Notes under the pieces: generated by a model
Told to the model about the DNA's origin: nothing
The model's input: the letters and a program-made list of their open reading frames with translations, nothing else
The model's database searches: none
Program-made: the position numbers and the translations under genes
From: Nitrospinales bacterium
GTDB taxonomy: Bacteria; Nitrospinota; Nitrospinia; Nitrospinales; VA-1
Assembly (NCBI GenBank): GCA_965249625.1
Contig: OZ252246.1
Span: 1,415,085 to 1,479,084, forward strand
Length of the DNA: 64,000 nt
Reading direction: 5' to 3'
Shown: positions 50,285 through 59,330 of the stretch, piece by piece
Numbering within the stretch: the first letter of the stretch is position 1
Layout: each line of letters begins with the position of its first letter

Positions 50285-51562
50285 CTATTCATCACCGGCC
50301 CTACGCCTGGTAGGAATATATTTTCGATCCTTTAAAGGTTTTGGCAGGTATTCCTGCTCTACAATGGCGTCCGGAAAATCATGTGGATATTTATAGTCCA
50401 CGCCATATCCATATTTGGATTTGGCGTCTCTATAATGCGTGTCTTTCAAATGATCCGGAACAGGATAGGACAATCCCTTTTTCTGGATATCATCCAAAGC
50501 CAGATCAATGGCCACAATCGCCGAGTTATCCTTGGGTGCCCGAGCCACATAGATCACCGCCTGGGCGAGGGGAATGCGGGCTTCAGGAAACCCCAGTTTT
50601 TCCACCGCCGCCACTACAGCTTGCACCAGTATAAAGGCTTGCGGGTCGGCATTGCCCACATCTTCAGCCGCCGTAACCAGTAGTCGCCGCACAATGAAAC
50701 GCGGGTCTTCCCCGCCCGCAATCATTTTTGCCAACCAGTATATCGCCGCATCGGCATCGGAACCACGCAGACTTTTCTGGAACGCCGAGGCATGATCGTA
50801 ATGCTCGGTGCCTTTTTTATCGTAGAGGGTGGCGGCCTGTTGAATAATCCCCTCAACAATTTTTAAATCGACCTGCTTTTTTTCTCGCTGGGTGACCACA
50901 TCATGCGCCGCCTCCAGCACATTGAGAGCACGACGGGCGTCACCATTGGCATGGCTGACCATCATATCCATCGCCTCCGCTGAAATTTTAAGTCCGGATT
51001 CTCCCAATCCTTTTTCTTTGTCCGCTAAAGCCTGCTCCAGAATATCTCTGATCTGTTCGCGCTCTAAAGGCTCCAGGCGAAAAGTCTGGCATCGCGAACG
51101 AAGTGCCGGGATCACCTCAAAGGAAGGGTTTTCCGTGGTACTTCCAATCAGGCTAACCGTTCCATTCTCGATATGAGGCAGAACGGCATCCTGCTGGGCC
51201 TTGTTGAACCGGTGAATCTCATCGATGAACAATACCGTTCCCATTTGCCTGGACTTCCAGGTATGACGGGCACTTTCAATGATCTTGCGGATATCGGCCA
51301 CCCCGGCATTCACCGCGCTGATCTCATGAAACTCACTCTCGGTCAACCGCGCCGCAATCCGTGCCAGGGTTGTTTTACCCGTACCCGGCGGCCCCCATAA
51401 GATGAAGGACAACTTTGAACCGGACTCCACCAAATCTCTCAATGGCAGACCTTCCCCGACCAAATGTTCCTGCCCGGCAAACCTTTCCCAGCTTTCAGGA
51501 CGAAGGCGGTCCGCCAGAGGCGGGACTGGCATTTCATAATCCGGGAACAATTCCATGATCAC
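50285..51562 (-). CDS. rarA: replication-associated recombination protein A (AAA+)
   Basis: LADRLRP, GPPGTGKTTLA, FIDEIHRFNK, and the MgsA C-terminal domain. Confidence 0.93.
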   Translation of the reverse strand: MIMELFPDYEMPVPPLADRLRPESWERFAGQEHLVGEGLPLRDLVESGSKLSFILWGPPGTGKTTLARIAARLTESEFHEISAVNAGVADIRKIIESARHTWKSRQMGTVLFIDEIHRFNKAQQDAVLPHIENGTVSLIGSTTENPSFEVIPALRSRCQTFRLEPLEREQIRDILEQALADKEKGLGESGLKISAEAMDMMVSHANGDARRALNVLEAAHDVVTQREKKQVDLKIVEGIIQQAATLYDKKGTEHYDHASAFQKSLRGSDADAAIYWLAKMIAGGEDPRFIVRRLLVTAAEDVGNADPQAFILVQAVVAAVEKLGFPEARIPLAQAVIYVARAPKDNSAIVAIDLALDDIQKKGLSYPVPDHLKDTHYRDAKSKYGYGVDYKYPHDFPDAIVEQEYLPKPLKDRKYIPTRRRAGDE

Positions 51563-51586
51563 TCTTTAATTAAAAATCCCTGGCCT

Positions 51587-51955
51587 TCAGGGAACGGATT
51601 CCCAACCGCAACGGGATGTGGGCAATGGCCCGGGTGAGAAAAGAATCAGCGCATAACAAACAGGAACCTCCAATCCGCCGATAGATTTAAAAAGAAACTT
51701 CTCATTCAAATGAACATAAAGCGGACGGGCTCCCAACATTAACATCAAGCCGATATAACTCAATGCCAAAATCATAAACAGCACACCACTGGTGCTGGAA
51801 GAAATTTCCGAAATATTTTCATGGTCAAATTTTGGGTACAGGGTAACGAGCGCCTTGAAACCGTTGGCAAGGGTCTCAACCGGTACTTTAAAAGAAGACC
51901 TCTCTAGGAATAACCTGTCCCTTCCGACCCGAAAAATCATCTGGATTAAAAACAT
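51587..51955 (-). CDS. hypothetical membrane protein
   Basis: ORF with hydrophobic segments. No motifs. Confidence 0.35.
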   Translation of the reverse strand: MFLIQMIFRVGRDRLFLERSSFKVPVETLANGFKALVTLYPKFDHENISEISSSTSGVLFMILALSYIGLMLMLGARPLYVHLNEKFLFKSIGGLEVPVCYALILFSPGPLPTSRCGWESVP

Positions 51956-52085
51956 CCTATGAGTTATTCTTCAAAAACGACACTTTGCCAACTGTCGCGC
52001 TTCAGAGTTGAGTCCGCTAATCATCTAACCGGTGCTTTATACTTCCTGATACCCTCCCATTCCGCTAATGTAACGCAACAAAATT

Positions 52086-53627
52086 ATGGCAAACCCTGAA
52101 GAAAACGAAGTCAAATTAGAAACCCAGCTTTTCAGGACTGCGGACACGTTACGCAATAACATTGACGCAGCAGAGTACAAGCACATCGTGCTGGGTTTGG
52201 TATTTCTTAAATATATTTCTGATTCTTTTGAGACGCTTCACACCAGGCTATCAGAAAACACAGGAGATTATAAATATTCCGACCCGGAAGACCCAGACGA
52301 ATACAAAGCGAAGAATGTCTTTTGGGTGCCACAAGAAGCACGCTGGTCTTACCTCCATGCTCACACCAGGCTGCCCACTATCGGCAAAGACCTGGATCAG
52401 GCGATGGAAAAAATCGAGAAAGAGAATCCGACCCTCAAGGGTATTTTACCGAAAGTCTATGAAAGACCAAACCTTGCTCACGCCACTCTGGGTGATTTGA
52501 TTGATTTGATCGGCAATATCGCGCTCGGCAGTGAAGCGGCGAAATCGAAAGACATTCTCGGCAAGGTCTATGAGTATTTTCTCGGTCAGTTTGCTTTGGC
52601 AGAGGGGCAAAAAGGCGGTCAGTTTTACACCCCCACATCCATCGTAAAACTTCTGGTCGAAATGATAGAGCCGTATCACGGCAGAATTTTTGATCCCTGT
52701 TGCGGCAGTGGTGGCATGTTTGTCATGAGTGAAAAATTTATTGAAAAACATCAAGGACAGCTTACTGATATTTCTATTTATGGGCAGGAGAGCAATCAGA
52801 CCACATATCGCCTCGCTCGCATGAATCTTGCTATCCGGGGCATTGACGGCTCGCAAGTGAAATGGAACAACGAAGGCTCGTTTTTGCATAATGCGCACCC
52901 CGACTTGAAAGCCGATTTTGTTATCGCCAACCCGCCCTTTAACGACAGCGACTGGAGTGGCAAGCTGCTGCAAAACGACGCGCGCTGGAAATATGGCGTA
53001 CCACCGGCAGGCAATGCGAACTTTGCCTGGGTGCAGCATTTTTTGTATCACCTGTCACCCAAAGGGGTTGCCGGTTTTGTGCTTTCCAAAGGCTCACTCA
53101 CTTCCAAAACCTCCAACGAAGATGTCATCCGCAAAAACATGATCGAAGCCGGATTGGTTGATTGTATTGTCAACCTGCCGGCGAAACTTTTCCTGAATAC
53201 GCAAATTCCGGCCTGCCTGTGGTTTGTCTCCAACAAACGCCACGGCTGCAACGGCGACCGCAAACGCGATGATGAAATTCTTTTTATAGATGCAGGCGAT
53301 CTGGGGCACTTGATCAATCGCCGCACCCGCGAGTTTTCCGATGAAGATATTGCCAGAGTTTCTGACACCTACCACCAATGGCGGGGCAAAGACGGCGACT
53401 ATCAGGATCAGCCCGGTTTCTGCGCTTCCGTATCAATTGAGCGAATAAAAGAGCTGGATTATGTATTAAGCCCTGGGCGTTATGTCGGGCTGGCTGAAGT
53501 GGAAGACGACTTTGACTTTGCAGAAAAGTTTAGCGCGTTAAAAGCGGAGTTTGAAGGGCAGTTACAGGAAGAGAAAAAATTGAACAAGCGGATACAAGAA
53601 AACTTGAGTAAAATCAATATCCTTTGA
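52086..53627 (+). CDS. hsdM: type I R-M system methyltransferase subunit
   Basis: HsdM_N (LRNNIDAAEYKHIVLGLVFLKYISD), motif I DPCCGSGGM, motif IV NPPF. Confidence 0.95.
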   Translation: MANPEENEVKLETQLFRTADTLRNNIDAAEYKHIVLGLVFLKYISDSFETLHTRLSENTGDYKYSDPEDPDEYKAKNVFWVPQEARWSYLHAHTRLPTIGKDLDQAMEKIEKENPTLKGILPKVYERPNLAHATLGDLIDLIGNIALGSEAAKSKDILGKVYEYFLGQFALAEGQKGGQFYTPTSIVKLLVEMIEPYHGRIFDPCCGSGGMFVMSEKFIEKHQGQLTDISIYGQESNQTTYRLARMNLAIRGIDGSQVKWNNEGSFLHNAHPDLKADFVIANPPFNDSDWSGKLLQNDARWKYGVPPAGNANFAWVQHFLYHLSPKGVAGFVLSKGSLTSKTSNEDVIRKNMIEAGLVDCIVNLPAKLFLNTQIPACLWFVSNKRHGCNGDRKRDDEILFIDAGDLGHLINRRTREFSDEDIARVSDTYHQWRGKDGDYQDQPGFCASVSIERIKELDYVLSPGRYVGLAEVEDDFDFAEKFSALKAEFEGQLQEEKKLNKRIQENLSKINIL

Positions 53628-53665
53628 ATGAAAACCCACCCATTAACAACGTATAGTGGTGAAAA

Positions 53666-54097
53666 ATGAAGACAGAAAAACAACGCTGGAAGTATCGCTT
53701 TGACAACTTCAAAAGGGCTTATATCTTGTTGCAGGAAGCCGCCGATTTGAGTTATGAAAACAAGCTGGATCAACTGGGTAAAGAAGGCATGATACAAAGA
53801 TTTGAATACACCACAGAACTTGCATGGAAGACTATAAAAGATTATTTGGAAAGCCAAAATATCGTGTTTGAATTGATTACTCCCAGAACCGTCATCAAAG
53901 AAGCCATCGCCACAAAGTTTATTGAACAAGGCGAAGACTGGATGAACTTGATCGACGCACGCAACAAGATGAGCCATACCTACGATTTTAAAAAGTTTGA
54001 AGCAGTGATAGGGCAAATAAAAGAATCCTATCTCGCTTGTTTTGATGAACTACACGGAAAATTATCAGGGAAGTATGACGATGAATCAGACTTTTGA
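53666..54097 (+). CDS. HEPN-domain protein, HI0074 (nucleotidyltransferase substrate-binding) family
   Basis: RWKYRFDNFKRA, IQRFEYTTELAWKTIKDYL, and ARNKMSHTYD (Rx4H). Confidence 0.85.
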   Translation: MKTEKQRWKYRFDNFKRAYILLQEAADLSYENKLDQLGKEGMIQRFEYTTELAWKTIKDYLESQNIVFELITPRTVIKEAIATKFIEQGEDWMNLIDARNKMSHTYDFKKFEAVIGQIKESYLACFDELHGKLSGKYDDESDF

Positions 54098-54437
54098 CCA
54101 CGGGCTCAGTACGCCTCAGTTGCAAACACTAAAAACCATTCTCAACCAATGCCCATCCATTGTGGAAAAAGCATCCGTTTTTGGTTCCAGAGCAACCGCA
54201 ACCTACAAGAGTTACTCCGATATTGATCTGGTGCTGTACGGCAGTATCAGCGAGGGTGACATTGACAGGTTGTGGACACTTTTTAACGAAAGCAACCTGC
54301 CTCATAAAGTGGATGTCAATGCTTACCATCTAATCCATTATCCGCCATTGAAACGACACATTGACCAATTCGGCAAAGTGCTGTTCACGCAGGATGAACT
54401 TGACAGCACAAATGAAAACACCGAAACCCGCACATAA
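54075..54437 (+). CDS. minimal nucleotidyltransferase (MNT, HI0073-like)
   Basis: FGSRATATYKSYSDIDLVLYG (GS...DxD). It overlaps the HEPN gene's 3' end. Confidence 0.85.
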   Translation: MTMNQTFDHGLSTPQLQTLKTILNQCPSIVEKASVFGSRATATYKSYSDIDLVLYGSISEGDIDRLWTLFNESNLPHKVDVNAYHLIHYPPLKRHIDQFGKVLFTQDELDSTNENTETRT

Positions 54438-55608
54438 TCAACCAGCGCGAACCTTGCCAAATGGCTGGCGGGAGGTGAAGTTGGGGGAGGTGGTTGATAA
54501 TATTTCAAATACATATAAATTTCTATCAAATGAAAAAGTTGTATTCTTAAATACTTCAGACATTCTTTTAGGTAGAGTATTAAATCATAGTTTTGAAAAC
54601 TCAGAAAACTTACCTGGTCAAGCAAAAAAAAGAATAAAAAAAGGAGATTTACTTTTTAGCGAGATAAGACCTGCTAATGGAAGATTTGCATTAATTGATT
54701 TTAATGCTAAAAAATATGTAGTGTCCACAAAACTTATGGTACTCAGATGTAGGGAAGGATTAGATAAAGAATATTTTAAACTCTATTTAACCTCAAATGA
54801 TATTCTTAAATATCTACAAATGTTAGCTGAAGATCGTTCTGGTACTTTTCCTCAAATTACCTTTAATCATATTGAAAAATTGGAGACGAACCTCCCCCCG
54901 CTCCCCGAACAAAAAGCCATTGCCGAAGTCTTATCCAGCCTTGATGACAAAATCGACCTGCTCCACCGCCAAAACAAAACCCTGGAAAACATAGCACAAA
55001 CCCTGTTCCGCAAGTGGTTTATTGAAGAAGCCGATGCGGGTTGGGAGGAAAAACCGTTGGATAAAATAGCAGATTATCTAAATGGGTTGGCTTGCCAGAA
55101 ATATCCGCCAAAAAATGGATTTGATAAACTCCCTGTTTTGAAAATAAAGGAATTAAGAAATGGCTTTACCGAGCATTCGGATTGGGCAACATCAGAAGTA
55201 GATGAAAAATATATTATCAAATTTGGTGATGTGATTTTTTCATGGTCAGGAAGCCTAATGCTTAAAATATGGAACGGTCAAAACTGCGTCCTGAATCAGC
55301 ACTTGTTTAAGATTACATCTAAAAAACATCCAAAATGGTTTTATTACTTCTGGACAAAACATCATCTGGAAAAGTTTATTGCCATCGCTAACAGTAAAGC
55401 AACAACAATGGGACACATAAAAAGAGGTGATCTATCGAACTCGTTAGTTTTAGTCCCTGCAAGCAAAGAATTGTCAAAAATGAATGACAAGATAGCACCG
55501 ATATTTGAAAAAACACTTTCCAACCAATCCCAAATCTATACCCTCGAAAACCTGCGCGATACTTTGTTGCCCAAGTTGATGAGCGGTAAAGTGCGGGTAG
55601 TGGCATGA
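54412..55608 (+). CDS. hsdS: type I R-M specificity subunit
   Basis: Two variable AT-rich TRDs separated by the conserved LPPLPEQKAIAEVLSSLDDKIDLLHRQNKTLENIAQTLFRKWF. The C-terminal conserved helix is LRDTLLPKLMSGKVRV. Confidence 0.9.
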   Translation: MKTPKPAHNQPARTLPNGWREVKLGEVVDNISNTYKFLSNEKVVFLNTSDILLGRVLNHSFENSENLPGQAKKRIKKGDLLFSEIRPANGRFALIDFNAKKYVVSTKLMVLRCREGLDKEYFKLYLTSNDILKYLQMLAEDRSGTFPQITFNHIEKLETNLPPLPEQKAIAEVLSSLDDKIDLLHRQNKTLENIAQTLFRKWFIEEADAGWEEKPLDKIADYLNGLACQKYPPKNGFDKLPVLKIKELRNGFTEHSDWATSEVDEKYIIKFGDVIFSWSGSLMLKIWNGQNCVLNQHLFKITSKKHPKWFYYFWTKHHLEKFIAIANSKATTMGHIKRGDLSNSLVLVPASKELSKMNDKIAPIFEKTLSNQSQIYTLENLRDTLLPKLMSGKVRVVA

Positions 55609-55616
55609 CAAAATCC

Positions 55617-55736
55617 AGTTCTAACCAATCCCAAATCCACACACTCAAAAAACTTCGTGATACCCTCCTACCCAAACTAATGAGCAGTGTGGTTAGAGTG
55701 ACACAGCATGCCGCAACTCTTGGCATGGAGGGTTGA
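55617..55736 (+). pseudogene. orphan duplicate of the hsdS 3' conserved region
   Basis: SSNQSQIHTLKKLRDTLLPKLMSSVVRVTQ compared with the hsdS tail LSNQSQIYTLENLRDTLLPKLMSGKVRVVA: 22 of 30 identical by my count. Confidence 0.65.
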
Positions 55737-55738
55737 GT

Positions 55739-57025
55739 ATGAAATTTATTGATCTTTTCGCTGGGCTGGGTGGTTTCCATCAAGGTTTAACTAATACCGG
55801 AGAATTTGAGTGCGTATTTGCATCAGAATTAGATGTTGATTTGCAGAAATTATATTATAAAAATTATGGCATTGTTGCCGAAGGTGACATAACGAAAATT
55901 GATGAAAAAAACATCCCTGATCATGACATTCTTTGTGCTGGCTTTCCCTGCCAACCCTTCTCTCTTGCAGGGAGTAAGAATGGATCTAAATGCCCAACAT
56001 CGGGCAAGCTAATTAACGACATTTTACGGATCACAAAGTACCATTTACCTCAATTTATTATGCTTGAAAATGTCCCAAATATTTTAACTATAGAGAATGG
56101 AAGATTTTGGAATTTCATCGAAAAATCATTCAACAAAATTGGTTACAAATTAATATATAAAATCATCTCACCAGAGGAGATTGGAATACCACAAAACCGT
56201 AAACGTGTTTTTATATTAGGGTGCAGAGATGAAAAAGCATTAAACTCCTTTAAATGGTTAAGCGGTATTAAAGTAGTAAAACAAAGACTCTCTTCTTTGC
56301 TTGAAACCAACAGAAACAACAAACAGTTAGAACCTGAAAAAATGAAGCAATTGAACTGCTGGCAATATCTTTTAGATGAATGCAACATTGCCCGCTTGCC
56401 ATCAGTATCAATTGTTGCGCCTGAATTTAAAGCTACATACCCACTTGATTTTCAAAATCACTCTCTGGAAGATATGCGTCAATATCGTGGTGCTTATGGT
56501 GTCAGCCTAAAAAAGTGTCAGTCGTGGAATGAAGTGATAGCAAAGCTACCGAGTTACACAAGAAAAACGAACAGAGCACCTGAATGGTTATTGCGATCTA
56601 TTCGATACAGTCGAGATCTTTATTCCGAGGAAAGTACATTTCTTAATAGATGGTTACTAACATTGGATAAACGCTATAATAGTTGGCAAATATTAGAGTG
56701 GCGTGGCTATTCAGAAAAACTGAGTCTATCTAAGCATATACTACAATTTCGTGCTTCTGGCATTAGGGTATTAAAGAGGGAAAAGATTCCATCATTGATC
56801 GCAATGACACCTACCCAAATTCCTATTATCGGTTCTGAAATGCGCTATATATCAAGCATAGAAGCAGCGAAATTACAGCATTTGCATTCTCTTCCCTATA
56901 CGCTTGACAATGAAACTCATTTTTTTAAGGCTTTGGGTAATGCGGTCAATGCAAAAATAGTTGAGTTGCTTGGCAGGTCTATTATGGAGATTAATACAAT
57001 TACATCATTAGGGGGCACTCTATGA
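55739..57025 (+). CDS. dcm: DNA (cytosine-5)-methyltransferase
   Basis: Motifs I FIDLFAGLGGF, IV GFPCQPFS, VI LENVPN, VIII QNRKRVF, X GNAV. GGAGG lies 7 nt upstream of the ATG. Confidence 0.93.
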   Translation: MKFIDLFAGLGGFHQGLTNTGEFECVFASELDVDLQKLYYKNYGIVAEGDITKIDEKNIPDHDILCAGFPCQPFSLAGSKNGSKCPTSGKLINDILRITKYHLPQFIMLENVPNILTIENGRFWNFIEKSFNKIGYKLIYKIISPEEIGIPQNRKRVFILGCRDEKALNSFKWLSGIKVVKQRLSSLLETNRNNKQLEPEKMKQLNCWQYLLDECNIARLPSVSIVAPEFKATYPLDFQNHSLEDMRQYRGAYGVSLKKCQSWNEVIAKLPSYTRKTNRAPEWLLRSIRYSRDLYSEESTFLNRWLLTLDKRYNSWQILEWRGYSEKLSLSKHILQFRASGIRVLKREKIPSLIAMTPTQIPIIGSEMRYISSIEAAKLQHLHSLPYTLDNETHFFKALGNAVNAKIVELLGRSIMEINTITSLGGTL

Positions 57026-58575
57026 CTAATTATAGTTCGTTTAAAGTAGATGTTTCACCAGAGATGCAACTTTATAAAATTTTGCAACGCCAATCTTATG
57101 GTATTGATAGCGCATTAGCCGAATTCATTGACAATTCTGTACAATCTTTTCGTGACAAAAAAAATGCACTCAGTTCTATTAATGGATTAGAAATTCAGTT
57201 AAAAGTTGCCATTACAGTCGATACAAAAGCCAATCAAATCGTTATTGAAGATAATGCTGCTGGAATAAATCGAAAAGATTTTCAGCGCGCTATCAGGATG
57301 GGACATGACGCAAATAGTTCTCATACTACAGATAGCTTGTCTGTCTATGGTATAGGGATGAAGTCTGCATCTGTTTGGTTTTCTAATACATGGAAAATTG
57401 AAACCTCTGCATTAGGTTCTGAGGAAAAATTAATAACTTGTTTTGATTTGGATGCTTTATTGGTTAAAGGTGAAAACCATATTATAGTAAATTCAGAACC
57501 AGAAGAACAAAAAAAACACTACACTAAAATAACAATAACAAATCTTTTAAGGAAGGAATCAGAAGAACACTACCGCGATAAAGTACTCCCTTATCTGGAA
57601 GAGATATTTTTTAAATTCAGAGAAGATTTAGAAATAAAAATAATTTATGATGGGCTAGTCTTGCAAACCAAAGATTCTTTCCTTAAGACCCCTGAACCTC
57701 TGGATTACCCCGAGGTCGATAAAACTGGAAAGGCCATCAACGATAAATATATAACATGGAAACGGAAGATTAAATTTGATTATGCGGGCAGGACAGTTAA
57801 GGGCTACATCATGATCATGAAAACAGGGAGTTATCGCCAACCCGGTATCCGCCTCATGCGAAACCAGAGAGTTATTGAAGGTACTCGAATTTCACCAAAC
57901 AGGCCAACAAAAATTCTTGGCACGGTTAACAAGTATGCATCTCAAAGAATTTATGGAGAATTACATTTAAACGAATTCCCTGTTAGTTTCATGAAGACAG
58001 GGTTTGATGAAAATTTAGATGGCTTATATCAAATGCTTAAAAGCAAGTTGCAAGGAGATATGGCTAACAACGAACCAAATTTCATTAATCAAACAGATCA
58101 TTATCGTGCTAACAAAAATCAAACCAAGAAACAGACAACCAAGAAACAGACAATCAAGGAAAAACCAAATAATATTGAGCGTTCTGAAGAAATATATTCT
58201 AGGTTAAACCAATTAGATCAGAAAAAGCTGGCACGCTTATACTGGTCTATTTGCAAGATTTCATTGACTGATCATCCTATTCTTGTTTATGTTGGGAGCT
58301 GGACACTACTGGAATCACTAGCCACATATCTAGATAAGGACAGCAAGATATCTTTTGATAGTTTTTACAACGGTAAAATAAGTACTATGTACCAAGATAA
58401 ACCTAAGAAAGCGGACCTGAGAGCATCTATAAAAGATATTCACACTAAAGGAAATTGCAATAAGCATTCGGGAATTTATGAAACTATGGATGCAATTCAA
58501 CTACATAATGATTTTAAAGTAATAGAATATTTTGTTGTTAGCTGTATCAAGGAAATTCTTACAAAGGAAAATTAA
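57022..58575 (+). CDS. GHKL (Bergerat-fold, MORC/MutL-like) ATPase with an uncharacterised C-terminal domain
   Basis: EFIDNSVQS (N-box), IEDNAAGI (DxGxG) and SVYGIGMKSA (GxxGxG). The start overlaps the dcm stop (ATGA). The C-terminal ~120 aa after a K/Q/T-rich linker contains LRASIKDIH. Confidence 0.8.
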   Translation: MTNYSSFKVDVSPEMQLYKILQRQSYGIDSALAEFIDNSVQSFRDKKNALSSINGLEIQLKVAITVDTKANQIVIEDNAAGINRKDFQRAIRMGHDANSSHTTDSLSVYGIGMKSASVWFSNTWKIETSALGSEEKLITCFDLDALLVKGENHIIVNSEPEEQKKHYTKITITNLLRKESEEHYRDKVLPYLEEIFFKFREDLEIKIIYDGLVLQTKDSFLKTPEPLDYPEVDKTGKAINDKYITWKRKIKFDYAGRTVKGYIMIMKTGSYRQPGIRLMRNQRVIEGTRISPNRPTKILGTVNKYASQRIYGELHLNEFPVSFMKTGFDENLDGLYQMLKSKLQGDMANNEPNFINQTDHYRANKNQTKKQTTKKQTIKEKPNNIERSEEIYSRLNQLDQKKLARLYWSICKISLTDHPILVYVGSWTLLESLATYLDKDSKISFDSFYNGKISTMYQDKPKKADLRASIKDIHTKGNCNKHSGIYETMDAIQLHNDFKVIEYFVVSCIKEILTKEN

Positions 58576-58643
58576 CAGGACATAAAATTGTCGACCATTT
58601 TCCCGACATCGGGAAACAGGAGGGGATTCTGGAGTTTTTGCCT

Positions 58644-58790
58644 ATGAAATTAGGAAATGATTCTATTAGGGTTCAATTTTCAGATGGGTCAATATATTTA
58701 TACACTTATGCTAGTGCTGGTTCTAATGATATAGGGAAAATGAAAGAATTGGCACAGTGTGGTGAAGTTAAAATTGAGGTATTAAAATGA
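58644..58790 (+). CDS. 48-aa ORF, weakly KTSC-domain-like, probably a gene fragment
   Basis: MKLGNDSIRVQFSDGSIYLYTYASAGSNDIGKMKELAQCGE... Lies in AT-rich sequence with other start-less open frames. Confidence 0.25.
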   Translation: MKLGNDSIRVQFSDGSIYLYTYASAGSNDIGKMKELAQCGEVKIEVLK

Positions 58791-59141
58791 GAATCAAAAA
58801 AATTCAATTAAAGAACAAGTATTAAAAAAATATTGTGATGAAAAGGAATTAAATTTTGATGAAGAATATCACAACCAAGTTGTCACCGACATTAAAAACC
58901 AGAATCTAAAGGACAAAGGACATGGTAGGTGAAATCAAAAAAACGTGTAGTATAACTTTTAGCATCAATGCAGAACAATTCAAGTTAAATTTATCTGAGT
59001 TAATATCTGAGGATATGAAAATATTCAGTGAACTTGAAGAGGTGATATTTTAATTAGCGTATTGAGGCAGTAATGCCCTATACTAAGCGTTGTGCTTCGT
59101 CTAAAAGTTACTTAGAAGTACAACGGAAGTACAACGAAAGC

Positions 59142-59330
59142 ATGAAAATAAAAGAAATTATCAAAATTCTTGAAAGTGACGGATGGTATTTATCAAGAAC
59201 AAAAGGTAGTCATCGTCAATTCAAACATTCGATCAAATCAAGTCTGGTTACCGTGTCAGGAAAATTAAGTGATGATATAGCAGTTGGAACACAAACCAGT
59301 ATTTTTAAACAAGCGGGGCTCAAAAAATGA
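59142..59330 (+). CDS. hicA: HicA-family mRNA interferase toxin
   Basis: MKIKEIIKILESDGWYLSRTKGSHRQFKH. Confidence 0.88.
   Translation: MKIKEIIKILESDGWYLSRTKGSHRQFKHSIKSSLVTVSGKLSDDIAVGTQTSIFKQAGLKK

Noticed and set aside
52446-53051. 201-aa minus-strand ORF, and also 53480-54016 (178 aa)
   Set aside because: These are antisense to hsdM and to the HEPN gene respectively, both of which have strong motif support.
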